Below, piece after piece: positions 8,397 through 17,067 of a stretch of 25,494 nucleotides of DNA. This stretch comes from a virus. Taxonomy: Duplodnaviria; Heunggongvirae; Uroviricota; Caudoviricetes. A program made the translations under genes and the position numbers. The stretch is from the IMG/VR virus record IMGVR_UViG_3300045988_104440, positions 1 to 25,494 of that record; one strand, given 5' to 3'. The notes under the pieces were generated by a model, which saw only the letters and a list, made by a program, of their open reading frames with translations, did not search any database and was not told where the DNA came from. How positions within the stretch are numbered: position 1 is the first letter of the stretch; each line of letters starts with the position of its first letter.

Positions 8397-9491
8397 ATGT
8401 CTAGAAATAAAATAGAAATGTCGACGGACATTTTTCAAAAAATACATGATTCTGCATCTGCTCAGGACTCTACGTACATAGCCGATAATGAAAAAAGATG
8501 GCTTGCTCGTAAAGATAACGAGGATTTAAACCTTATGATTAATGCAGAGGTTAACGTTCTTATTTTGGGGGCGAAGACGTTCGCCGTCTCTATTAAGAAT
8601 GGTTCTGATAACTACTTCTGTTTTAGCGGTTTAGATATCCCCGAACAACTTCCCGCCAGTCTCACTGAGATTGAGCCCACGCCTGGCATCTTTTCATGCG
8701 TTGTGTTCACCGTCAATCTCCCAGCATTAGCTACAGCGGCTAAGGCTAGAGACATTTTAGAACAGCAATACCTGGGGCAGGAAGGTTACGTCGGGCATGA
8801 ACTTAACGAGATCGCTCCACTCTTTCCAAAACTATACTTTGTTAAGGCTAACGAAAATATAAGCACTACTTTTTTAAATAATTTAGAGCGTGTAGCTGGT
8901 GCCTATATTGCTGCAGGATACGTTAGCCACCCTTTAGAGGTTAATGATAATTTAAAGTTGCGACTACTGTCTCTATTTGAAGTTGGAGCAGAAACCATAC
9001 CGTTTCGTCTACCTCTGCAGGGTCTATTATCTTATAATTGGTCATCGTTATTTTTGGATCTTTATCGATGCTTAGAGCAGTTATATACCGCGCAAAAGTT
9101 GAAAAATTTAGTCACTAAACTCCCATACAAAGGTACTTTGGCAGATCTCGCATATTTACTGGAAGATGAATTGTCATGGAGACCAAAAGAGCAGGATGCA
9201 TTAGCTAGTATACTGGCATGTTCAACTGAAAACACACGTTCGAAAATTCTATCTGCATTCAAACTCAACGTGCCCGAGTTAACCGAGTACTCGCCAAGCA
9301 AGTGCGCAAGTAATATATATAAGCTGAGGAATTCTCATGTTCATTTTCGCCCAGCAATGAAAGCAGAAAATAAACCCACCGAACAGTGGAATGAAATTTT
9401 GATAGCGATGTGTGATGCCGTTGATGACGTTTATGAAGCTCTCGGTGCTGAATTCTTAATAGATAGGTCAAACTTAGAGTCGGTCAGGTAA
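8397..9491 (+). CDS. Hypothetical protein (364 aa), unknown family; cargo gene 2
   Basis: Complete ORF starting 1 nt after the stop of cargo gene 1 (TAA-a-ATG), implying translational coupling. No motif I can assign confidently; a C-terminal R-x4-H (LRNSHVH, 9324..9344) is noted. Confidence 0.55.
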   Translation: MSRNKIEMSTDIFQKIHDSASAQDSTYIADNEKRWLARKDNEDLNLMINAEVNVLILGAKTFAVSIKNGSDNYFCFSGLDIPEQLPASLTEIEPTPGIFSCVVFTVNLPALATAAKARDILEQQYLGQEGYVGHELNEIAPLFPKLYFVKANENISTTFLNNLERVAGAYIAAGYVSHPLEVNDNLKLRLLSLFEVGAETIPFRLPLQGLLSYNWSSLFLDLYRCLEQLYTAQKLKNLVTKLPYKGTLADLAYLLEDELSWRPKEQDALASILACSTENTRSKILSAFKLNVPELTEYSPSKCASNIYKLRNSHVHFRPAMKAENKPTEQWNEILIAMCDAVDDVYEALGAEFLIDRSNLESVR

Positions 9492-9602
9492 TATGCATGA
9501 TTAAAATTGTCATGCGTAACCTAAGCTTATAATTTGTCTATCATATTCATCCTAGATAGATGACTCTATGCTCATCCCCCAGATGAATATATTACAAACC
9601 TT

Positions 9603-9625
9603 AAAAAGCCGTCCTTTAGGACGGC
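9603..9625 (-). terminator. Rho-independent terminator between the convergent cargo operon and gene G
   Basis: Hairpin GCCGTCC-ttta-GGACGGC (9608..9625) preceded on the plus strand by AAAAA (9603..9607), which is a U-tract for minus-strand transcripts. Only a weak T-run follows on the plus strand. Confidence 0.5.
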
Positions 9626-9924
9626 TGTAAACTCTATATTAAACTGGCTCTTACTTTTGCGAACACTGACTTCCACTTTTTATACAATGAAGGTCGAACA
9701 ATAAGAAAAAATCTCCGCTTATATTAACCAAAAGCATCTATTTGTTATCCACGTAATATCTTGCGCGATATAAACATACCAGCAGGTTTCTTAGCATTGA
9801 TCTGCTCCCCATTGATTAAAACAGCGTGATGTTTGCTATGTCCGTTCTTGGCACAGAGCGGACTGTCAAATTAGGCTTTACTCTGTGCCATAGATATGTA
9901 AGCTCCCACCAGAGCTCATACAAC

Positions 9925-10452
9925 TTATTGCGGCATTTCCGGCCATTCAGGATTTGTAGGATCCACACGACTGACCAGAACGCTGTAGCGTTCCCAAGCC
10001 TCCAGCCGTGTGCGCTCCTCCTCTGTTGCCATGTTCAGCCTGACAGCACGCTCTAGCGGCAAAATCACGGATTCAGCATCTGCAAGAAGTCTGGCTTTCC
10101 TGTTTTCTGCCTGCAGTTGCAATTCCTCTGCCGTATAAATTCGTTTGATCACTGTGCCATCCTTAAACATCCAGTTCCCTGAAATGTCCGCCCGTCGGTT
10201 AGCAGTAATATCCGCCACTTCAACAACACTTAATCCATCCGGTCTGATAGCTGTCACATCCTTTTCCACATAGCGGATGATATTATCTTTGTCGTACGCT
10301 ATTTTTATCGTGTCATCAGCAAAATACTTTTGTTCTTCGTACCAGTTCTTACCATCTTCTGAAAAAAACCAGACAACATCAAAATTCTTTGTCAATTGAT
10401 ATTGTTCAACCGTTTTTGGATTACCCGCCGTAATATTTTTTAAATGCTGCAT
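9925..10452 (-). CDS. G: Tail fibre assembly protein G (175 aa)
   Basis: ORF directly downstream of H with a 3-nt gap; length equals P2 gpG. Confidence 0.75.
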   Translation of the reverse strand: MQHLKNITAGNPKTVEQYQLTKNFDVVWFFSEDGKNWYEEQKYFADDTIKIAYDKDNIIRYVEKDVTAIRPDGLSVVEVADITANRRADISGNWMFKDGTVIKRIYTAEELQLQAENRKARLLADAESVILPLERAVRLNMATEEERTRLEAWERYSVLVSRVDPTNPEWPEMPQ

Positions 10453-10455
10453 AAA

Positions 10456-12702
10456 TTATACCTGCGCCACGTTATACCATGTCCCGTTAATGTATTTCTG
10501 CACCGGTCTGTAATATACGCCACCAATGTTATCGGCAGAGTTTGAGCCGGTATCCTGAACAATAATGCCGGTATATACGCAACCTGACGGAGCCTGATGC
10601 GTCCATGTAGTACCATTATTTGCTGGTTTATATGTAGATGCACCGCCCAGTCGCATGTCTCTCACATAACGTGAATCTGACTCAGCTTTGGTGTATGCAC
10701 CAACATCTCCCGCTGATGGTTTTCGTGTTGTGGTATAGAAATCAGACCAGCCAGATTCAAAACCATAACCATCACGGGCTGACCTGTAAGATATACCGCC
10801 ATTTTTATAATTCACACGAAACTGTACAGCCGGGCAGCTACCAGCATTTATATTAAAGTGAAGAATTAATGCAGATGCTCCCCCAATCAGAGCGTTGTAT
10901 GCGCCACTGTCCCAATTCCATCCAACGGCTGTATCACCATTAACCGTATTACCTGTCTGCCGAAGTGCAAATGCACCGACATTTCTGGCATTAAGGGTAA
11001 TATCTCCAGAACCATCAAAGGCAACACCTGCTATTTTCCTCGGTGTTTCGAGTTTTGAGGCTGTTGCAGCATTTCCTGAAAGGTTGGAAATAAATGGATG
11101 TGAGCAGTAATAACCGCGCCCATTTTTAAAATCCAGAATAGCCTGTGCATTCGTGCTTTCTGTGGCAGGATTAGTTGCCCCCCACTTATATGTCGTCTGA
11201 CCGACGACATAATCCTCTGTCGGAACAATAACCGTTAGCCCTTCCTCTGCAAGAATTTGCACAGGGAAAGCTCTGGCTTCAACATAAAAAACACTACATA
11301 CATCATCATCTTTCAGGCTTGTAACAATGGAATGGATTGAACGCTCATTGGTCTGATACGTCCAGAAATAGCCTGCCGCATATGAACCGCGATCAGTCCA
11401 TCCTCCGGGCATAACCATGCCATTAAACTCGCAGTTATTCATTACATAATCGCCGTTATAACAACCAGTGGAAATAACGACGCGGGATGCCATTTCTCCT
11501 GAAAGGCTGGCAGCACGGCGAAAGATAACGGGATACCACTTCCCGGCAACGACATTTGCAGGGGCTGCAAACGAATACTTTCGCATTCCCTTTTTCTTAT
11601 CCACTTCACCTTTGCTGTAAACATTAATGTTACTCAGGAAGCGTTCTTTATCAGGAATATCCGCACCGTTCTTATCTTTCTGAAGACGTTTTTCAGCATT
11701 GTCATTGGCAGACTTCACCGCTTTTGGTGTTGCGGCCAGCGTTTCAGAATCACTGTTGGTGGCGCTACTGAGCTGGACAAGACCTTTTCGCGCTGTGGTG
11801 GCATCCTGTGCAGTGTATTTCCCGTTAGCAAGGTCATACGCTGTCTTAACCGCCTTTGGCGTTGCGGCCAGCGTTTCAGAATCGCTGTTGGTGGCACTAC
11901 TGAGCTGAACAAGGCCTTTTCGCGCGGTGGTGGCGTCCTGCGCGGTGTATTTGCCATTAGCAAGGTCATATGCTGCCTTAACCGCTTTTGGTGTTGCGGC
12001 GAGCGTTTCAGACGCGCTGCTGGTCGCACTACTGAGCTGGACAATACCTTTTCGCGCTGTGGTAGCGTCCTGTGCGGTATATTTCCCGTTAGCAAGGTCA
12101 TACGCGGCCTTTACCGCTTTCGGCGTTGCGGCCAGTGTTTCAGACGTGCTGTTGGTCGCATTGCTTAACTGAGTAAAACCTTTTGCGGTCAGCGAGGCGT
12201 CCGGGTGACGTCGTGACTGTTCATGCTCTGCAATTTTGTCATCAACGTAATCCTGCGTCGCCATCACCGTTGTGGTGTCAATGGTCAGCTCCACTGAGGC
12301 CACACTGCTGACGATGATGACCATGCGACAGGTCTGCGAACGCCCTGAGCCTTCGGCAAGAGCTGGCTTATAACTTTCGGCCATGTTCGCCACGGCAATT
12401 AATGTTCCCGCATCATCGTACAGGCCAAGCTCACGCATCCAGAAACCGCCCACCTCCGGCGGAATAACCAGCTCTGCGATAATATAATTACTGTTTCGTT
12501 TGTCCTGGCTGATTTTGTTCAGCGCATGTCGCCAGACTTCATGGATAAGCCCGGTCTGTCCGGCATCCGGGACAGGCAATTTACCACCGCCATCCCCGAC
12601 GGCCATCGTGGTAATGTTGACCTTCCGCCCTCCCGGCGCGGTTGCCGCTGCCAGCTTTGCTGCACCGGCAGTGGTGATAACGGTTCTGAATTTTGTGCTC
12701 AT
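10456..12702 (-). CDS. H: Tail fibre protein H (748 aa) with internal tandem repeats
   Basis: Long ORF after baseplate genes I/J. Contains four 44-aa repeats with the SETLAATPKAVK(A/T)AYDLANGKYTAQDATTARKG motif. Longer than the 669 aa I recall for P2 gpH. Confidence 0.85.
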   Translation of the reverse strand: MSTKFRTVITTAGAAKLAAATAPGGRKVNITTMAVGDGGGKLPVPDAGQTGLIHEVWRHALNKISQDKRNSNYIIAELVIPPEVGGFWMRELGLYDDAGTLIAVANMAESYKPALAEGSGRSQTCRMVIIVSSVASVELTIDTTTVMATQDYVDDKIAEHEQSRRHPDASLTAKGFTQLSNATNSTSETLAATPKAVKAAYDLANGKYTAQDATTARKGIVQLSSATSSASETLAATPKAVKAAYDLANGKYTAQDATTARKGLVQLSSATNSDSETLAATPKAVKTAYDLANGKYTAQDATTARKGLVQLSSATNSDSETLAATPKAVKSANDNAEKRLQKDKNGADIPDKERFLSNINVYSKGEVDKKKGMRKYSFAAPANVVAGKWYPVIFRRAASLSGEMASRVVISTGCYNGDYVMNNCEFNGMVMPGGWTDRGSYAAGYFWTYQTNERSIHSIVTSLKDDDVCSVFYVEARAFPVQILAEEGLTVIVPTEDYVVGQTTYKWGATNPATESTNAQAILDFKNGRGYYCSHPFISNLSGNAATASKLETPRKIAGVAFDGSGDITLNARNVGAFALRQTGNTVNGDTAVGWNWDSGAYNALIGGASALILHFNINAGSCPAVQFRVNYKNGGISYRSARDGYGFESGWSDFYTTTRKPSAGDVGAYTKAESDSRYVRDMRLGGASTYKPANNGTTWTHQAPSGCVYTGIIVQDTGSNSADNIGGVYYRPVQKYINGTWYNVAQV
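11713..12200 (-). repeat. In-frame 132-bp tandem repeat array (about 3.7 copies) inside H
   Basis: Units begin at 11713, 11845, 11977 and 12109, exactly 132 bp apart; the last copy is more diverged. This explains the spurious ORFs on both strands here. Confidence 0.75.
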
Positions 12703-12712
12703 TATTCCTCAC

Positions 12713-13243
12713 TTATCCGGGGTAAACCGTAATTACATCGCCGTCATAAGCCACACCACCGACGAACAGGTAGCCGGGAATGTCCCGGGTAATGTTCAGA
12801 CCAATAAGGTGGCGGCTTGCAGGTTTGGCATCAGCAATCAGCCGTTCCATTTCCTGATACATTGCCTCTGTGATACCGCTTTCCAGTACACCAATATCAA
12901 GCCGGAAGGTGCCGGGCGGGTCACTGTTTTCCCACCACTCCGTCACGTTGATGAGATAGCCGAGCGGCTCCACCACACGCCGGATTGCACCTATAGTGCC
13001 CTTATGACAGTGGATGAAATAGGCATCGCGGATAACGGCGCGTTTTGTCGCTTCCGGCCACTTTTCATCCCACCTGTCGACCGAAAACGCCCACGCCAGC
13101 CACGGCAGCAAATTTGCCGGGCAGGTGTCCGGGTTCCACAGCTCACGAATCCTGACCGGCGTTTTTTCAATTTCCGCACAGGCTTTTGCGGCGGCGACTT
13201 CAAGCGGTGATGAGCCGGTCGGCAGCAGTCGCGAATCACTCAT
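12713..13243 (-). CDS. I: Baseplate protein I (176 aa)
   Basis: Position between J and H; 8-nt overlap with J; length equals P2 gpI. Confidence 0.8.
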   Translation of the reverse strand: MSDSRLLPTGSSPLEVAAAKACAEIEKTPVRIRELWNPDTCPANLLPWLAWAFSVDRWDEKWPEATKRAVIRDAYFIHCHKGTIGAIRRVVEPLGYLINVTEWWENSDPPGTFRLDIGVLESGITEAMYQEMERLIADAKPASRHLIGLNITRDIPGYLFVGGVAYDGDVITVYPG

Positions 13244-14144
13244 CCGAGCCTCCGGTCACGACGCGGTATTCAGTACAGAAAGACGCCTGCGTACTGTTGA
13301 GCACGATGTCGGCCAGCGGAGCAGTCAGTTCGACACGCTGCACGCCTTCCACATGCAAAGCGGCATAAATGGCAGACAGACGGATGTCGCGCCCCAGCCG
13401 GTGCTGTGCCGTGATATACGCTTCCAGTTTTTTCACGGCGGCCGCGCGAATGGGTTCGCTTTCAGGACCAGGGTAAAGGTAAAGCGTGGCGTTTATCTGG
13501 TATTCAACGATGGCAGCAGACTGCACGGTCACGCGGTCGGCCACCGGTCTGACGTCCTCGCCATTAAGGGCGTTACGCACCACAGCCAGCAGGTCTTCGG
13601 ATGCGACACCGTTATTTTCACGTGACAGCACAGAGATGGTGACACAGGCCGGAGACGGACTGGTGACAGAGATATCCGCGACACGCCCGTCGGCACTGCG
13701 ACCATGATACTGATAGGCGCCCACCGACCCGGCGACGCTTAAACCTTCAAACGCCTGCTGAATACGCAGACGATAATCCGTGTCAGATTCCATCACTGCC
13801 GGTGTCGGCGGAATGGTCGAATCATCTGCCGGGGTGATAATCAGGCGCGTGGTGTTGTAATTGGCACCAATCACATCAAGGTCATTACCGGCGGCACAGG
13901 CCAGCATCACCGCCCGTGCGGCCTCATTCACACGCTGACGCCAGATAAGCTCACGATAAGCATTTTCCTCCAGCAGTTTGACGAGAGGCTCAGATTCCAG
14001 CGTCAGGGTACGGGCGACCGCCTCCTGCTGGTCTTCCGGGTAAAGGGAAATCAGTGTCGCCTTGCGTTCAGCGAGAATGGTTTCAAAGTCCAGCTCCTCG
14101 ACCACATCCGGTGCGGGTAGCTGGTTCAGGTCGATAATCGGCAT
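13236..14144 (-). CDS. J: Baseplate protein J (302 aa)
   Basis: Position after W; length equals P2 gpJ. Confidence 0.8.
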   Translation of the reverse strand: MPIIDLNQLPAPDVVEELDFETILAERKATLISLYPEDQQEAVARTLTLESEPLVKLLEENAYRELIWRQRVNEAARAVMLACAAGNDLDVIGANYNTTRLIITPADDSTIPPTPAVMESDTDYRLRIQQAFEGLSVAGSVGAYQYHGRSADGRVADISVTSPSPACVTISVLSRENNGVASEDLLAVVRNALNGEDVRPVADRVTVQSAAIVEYQINATLYLYPGPESEPIRAAAVKKLEAYITAQHRLGRDIRLSAIYAALHVEGVQRVELTAPLADIVLNSTQASFCTEYRVVTGGSDE

Positions 14145-14148
14145 GGTT

Positions 14149-14496
14149 TCAACTCACAGGGATGGTTAACGAAAGTGGCTGGCCGGTGTCGTTGTGCTGG
14201 CCGGTTAACGTGACCGTCATTCGCCCGTCAAAGCTGCGCGCCGTAGTGACGGATGACAGGGTGACGCGGGGTTCCCATTTCAGCACCGCCATGTAACAGG
14301 CGACCTTAATCTGCAACTCAAGTGCCGGGGTCTGCGGCTGGTCAATCATTGACGCCAGCAATGAGCCGTAATCACGACGCATCACCCGTGAGCCGACCGG
14401 CGTGCGCAGGATATCGCCGATACTCTGGCTGATATGCTCAAGGTCAGTGACAGTCAGGCCATCACTGCGATTCATTCCAAGATAACGCGCTGTCAT
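14149..14496 (-). CDS. W: Baseplate wedge protein W (115 aa)
   Basis: Position after V with a 4-nt overlap (ATGA); length equals P2 gpW. Confidence 0.8.
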   Translation of the reverse strand: MTARYLGMNRSDGLTVTDLEHISQSIGDILRTPVGSRVMRRDYGSLLASMIDQPQTPALELQIKVACYMAVLKWEPRVTLSSVTTARSFDGRMTVTLTGQHNDTGQPLSLTIPVS

Positions 14497-15128
14497 AGAG
14501 GACTCCCGGTTGTGCCGCCGCTGTCGCCGGGGTGTTTATGGGTATGCAGTACCTTACCGTTTGATGAGAGTTCACCGCCGGTATGTTTAATGTTGCCGCG
14601 CATCGTCCCGCCCTTCTGCACTTCCAGCGTGCCGGTAATCAGTCTGTTGGTGCAGACCACCTCCGGGGTGTCCAGGGTGATGCGGGTTGACGCTTTCACC
14701 GTGACTACCGGTACCGTGGCAGTAACAGAATCAGAAGCCGTCACGCTGGCCGTTTTAATTCCGCTTACCGTGAGTGCACTGGTTTCGGGTTCATACTCAA
14801 TCACCGCCCCGTCAGGGAAACGGATATGCAGGGCATCCGCCGACGCAGACGGCGCGGGGTTATCGCCGGAATAAATCCCCGGCAGAACAAACGCCGTGTC
14901 AAGTTCACCGCCCACGGCCAGAATCAGCACCTGCTCCCCCACGGAAGGTGCCCACCATGTGCGCGAACGCCCGGCACGACAGGTCAGCCACTGAAGCCAG
15001 TCGGTGCACATGCCGCCGGTCTGCACACGGCAGCGACCGGCGTTAAGGTCGGTTTCGACGACAAGGCCGGTGCGAATCATGTTGCGCAGTGCGCGCGCGA
15101 GTTCCTGAATATTTGCGAGAGTGTTCAT
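14493..15128 (-). CDS. V: Baseplate spike/hub protein V (211 aa)
   Basis: First gene of the V-W-J-I-H-G operon; length equals P2 gpV. Confidence 0.8.
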   Translation of the reverse strand: MNTLANIQELARALRNMIRTGLVVETDLNAGRCRVQTGGMCTDWLQWLTCRAGRSRTWWAPSVGEQVLILAVGGELDTAFVLPGIYSGDNPAPSASADALHIRFPDGAVIEYEPETSALTVSGIKTASVTASDSVTATVPVVTVKASTRITLDTPEVVCTNRLITGTLEVQKGGTMRGNIKHTGGELSSNGKVLHTHKHPGDSGGTTGSPL

Positions 15129-15194
15129 AACGGGAAGGATGCCGCCGGGTCATACCGGCGGCAATGTGACGATGAGGTGTCGGGAATGGCACAA

Positions 15195-15647
15195 CTAACG
15201 GTCGAGGTGCGCCAGAATAATCTCTTCAATCATCTGCACATCCTCACCGGTAAAGCCGAGCAGGGGACGCGCCGGATAATCAATTTTCTTACCGTCTTTC
15301 CGGGTTTCTTCCGACAGACCGAACTGATGCACACTGGCGATTTTCGGCGACTTCCCGCCGTAAAATTCCATTGATGCCTGTTCCGGGCTGGCGCGGATAT
15401 GCAAAAAACGACTGGTGATAAGTTTCGCAAACATTTTTCGCTTAACACGACCAGTCTTTTTTCTGGCGCTCTGCTGCTGGCGTGGCGCGTAGGGTGTGCC
15501 GTCCGGGGCTTTCTGAGCCATCACCCGACGCTGCTGACTCTGCCGCAGACGTTTCGCCAGTTCGGCGCTCAGTCGCCGACGCCCTGACGGTGACAGCGAT
15601 TCAGTCAGTCCGGTCAGCCGGTCTTCAAAACGCTTAAACTCATTCAT
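15195..15647 (-). CDS. S: Tail completion protein S (150 aa)
   Basis: Position after R with an 8-nt overlap; length equals P2 gpS. Confidence 0.8.
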   Translation of the reverse strand: MNEFKRFEDRLTGLTESLSPSGRRRLSAELAKRLRQSQQRRVMAQKAPDGTPYAPRQQQSARKKTGRVKRKMFAKLITSRFLHIRASPEQASMEFYGGKSPKIASVHQFGLSEETRKDGKKIDYPARPLLGFTGEDVQMIEEIILAHLDR

Positions 15648-16107
15648 CCCACTTGCTCACCAGTTCGCCATTGATATAAAGCTCCACCGGGCGGGTGACC
15701 GGCTCCGGCGGCGTGGGTTCCGGGATATTCTTCACATGCAGTGCGCCGTCCACCTCACTGACCAGCGTGCGCTCGGTCAGCATCAGGCTGATGCTGATAT
15801 CAAAGCTACTGTCATTGTTGATGTCTGCATAAAACGTGAAGCCCTTTTTCTGGCCTGCGTCGGTGGTCATGATGTCGGGCTGATTTTCCCGCAGCCACGC
15901 CAGCACCGGCACGATGAGCAGGTCAAAATCACCGGTAAAGTCGGTCACAATCACATTGAGCGTGTAACGCTTTTCGAATGACAACGACGTCGCCAGCGTG
16001 GAGGCAATACTCCCGTTATCAACGAATATCCGCAGCATCTCGGGACTGGTTTTCAGCACCGTGACGGCATCAGTCAGCGCCCTGCGCAGGCTGTCGGGTT
16101 TGAGCAT
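15640..16107 (-). CDS. R: Tail completion protein R (155 aa)
   Basis: Position after the lysis cassette; length equals P2 gpR. Confidence 0.8.
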   Translation of the reverse strand: MLKPDSLRRALTDAVTVLKTSPEMLRIFVDNGSIASTLATSLSFEKRYTLNVIVTDFTGDFDLLIVPVLAWLRENQPDIMTTDAGQKKGFTFYADINNDSSFDISISLMLTERTLVSEVDGALHVKNIPEPTPPEPVTRPVELYINGELVSKWDE

Positions 16108-16360
16108 CGTTTTCGTCCTGACAGTGTTTAATCATTTTTACCTGGCTGGCACAGCGTGCCAGCGCGTTCTCAAGCTGTCGGATATCGGCACTTAAATCGC
16201 CGTTCGTCTCCGGGTCACTGCCCGGCATCGGGCAAAGGCTCACTTTCGGGCAGGCGTTGGCGACAATCACTGGCGTCGGTGCAGGCCGGGCGCTGGTGCA
16301 ACCGGCGCACAGCATCAGGCAGGCCAGCGCCGTACCAGCGGCGAAAATCTTCGTTTTCAT
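16070..16360 (-). CDS. lysC: LysC, Rz1-like outer-membrane lipoprotein spanin (96 aa)
   Basis: N-terminus MKTKIFAAGTALACLMLCAGC has a signal peptide with a lipobox-like cysteine, followed by a proline-rich segment. The gene starts inside lysB in another frame and overlaps R. Confidence 0.65.
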   Translation of the reverse strand: MKTKIFAAGTALACLMLCAGCTSARPAPTPVIVANACPKVSLCPMPGSDPETNGDLSADIRQLENALARCASQVKMIKHCQDENDAQTRQPAQGAD

Positions 16361-16640
16361 TCAGTAACCTCGTGATGGTTTTCTCGCGCTGTGCTTCACG
16401 CTTCGCCGCGTTCTCCAGTTCCTGACGCAGTGCCACCTGCGCCAGCTCGTTTTTGTCTGCTCTGGCGAGGGCAACATGAAGCTGATTTTTCAGCATGGTG
16501 ATGGTCGTCTGCTGCCCGTTGGCGACGTTGTTCGCCCTGTCCAGCGAGGTGCGCAGGCTGGCGTTTTCATGCTTCGCCAGAAACAGACCGGCCACCGCCA
16601 GTGATAACAACACAACCAGCACAATCATCAGCTTTGACAT
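16215..16640 (-). CDS. lysB: LysB, Rz-like inner-membrane spanin (141 aa)
   Basis: N-terminal transmembrane helix (LMIVLVVLLSLAVAGLFLA) followed by a charged coiled-coil-like region. Length and position equal P2 LysB. Confidence 0.7.
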   Translation of the reverse strand: MSKLMIVLVVLLSLAVAGLFLAKHENASLRTSLDRANNVANGQQTTITMLKNQLHVALARADKNELAQVALRQELENAAKREAQREKTITRLLNENEDFRRWYGAGLPDAVRRLHQRPACTDASDCRQRLPESEPLPDAGQ

Positions 16641-17053
16641 GGTTCCCTCCCCTCAAAACGCTGACGACAGGCCGTGCGTATCAACCGGAAGAACACCGAC
16701 GCCACGAGGTAAATCAGCGCGGTAAAAATCCACCCGGCAGCGACCAGCGAGATAAACGTCGCCACCATCACCACCAGAGCCGCCGCCCGTCTGCGCCACG
16801 GCACCGGCTGCAAAAACAGCGACGCGACAATCTTCACGGCCAGCGATTCCGGCGGCAGCTCCCGCCCGTAGCGTTCCAGCACATACTCAGTGGCATACAC
16901 GCCGACACCACCGGCAACCACACAGATAACCGTCGCCAGAATCGCCCAGGCGGCGACAAAATTGACGGCCACGCTCTGCGGGTAAATCAGGGACAGTGCC
17001 AGCATCAGCGCCAGCGACACGTTCAGCATCAGTGAAAGGGATAATTTCTTCAT
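16628..17053 (-). CDS. lysA: LysA, membrane protein of the lysis cassette (141 aa)
   Basis: Several hydrophobic helices; position after K. Length equals P2 LysA. Confidence 0.65.
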   Translation of the reverse strand: MKKLSLSLMLNVSLALMLALSLIYPQSVAVNFVAAWAILATVICVVAGGVGVYATEYVLERYGRELPPESLAVKIVASLFLQPVPWRRRAAALVVMVATFISLVAAGWIFTALIYLVASVFFRLIRTACRQRFEGREPCQS

Positions 17054-17067
17054 GGTGTTTACTCCGT

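Noticed and set aside
9495-9515. Short inverted repeat GCATGA-N9-TCATGC just after the cargo gene 2 stop
   Set aside because: Imperfect 6-bp stem with a 9-nt loop and no following U-tract. The stronger hairpin at 9608..9625 is the more plausible terminator.
9826-10056. 76-aa plus-strand ORF overlapping the 3' end of G
   Set aside because: No ribosome-binding site; it overlaps G on the opposite strand and sits in the convergent-transcription zone. Most likely chance.
11699-12172. ORFs on both strands inside the H repeat region (11699..11908 +, 11715..12101 -, 11927..12172 +)
   Set aside because: They are artefacts of the 132-bp tandem repeats, which keep alternative frames open; the real gene is H.
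11713-12200. Possible CRISPR array suggested by regularly spaced repeats
   Set aside because: The repeats are 132 bp, contiguous with no spacers, and in-frame within a tail fibre gene. This is not CRISPR architecture.
15155-15185. Possible late-promoter activator site upstream of V
   Set aside because: Only imperfect dyads (TGT-N12-AAC and GGT-N12-ACA) are present, and their spacing to the V start codon is too short for a site centred at -55.
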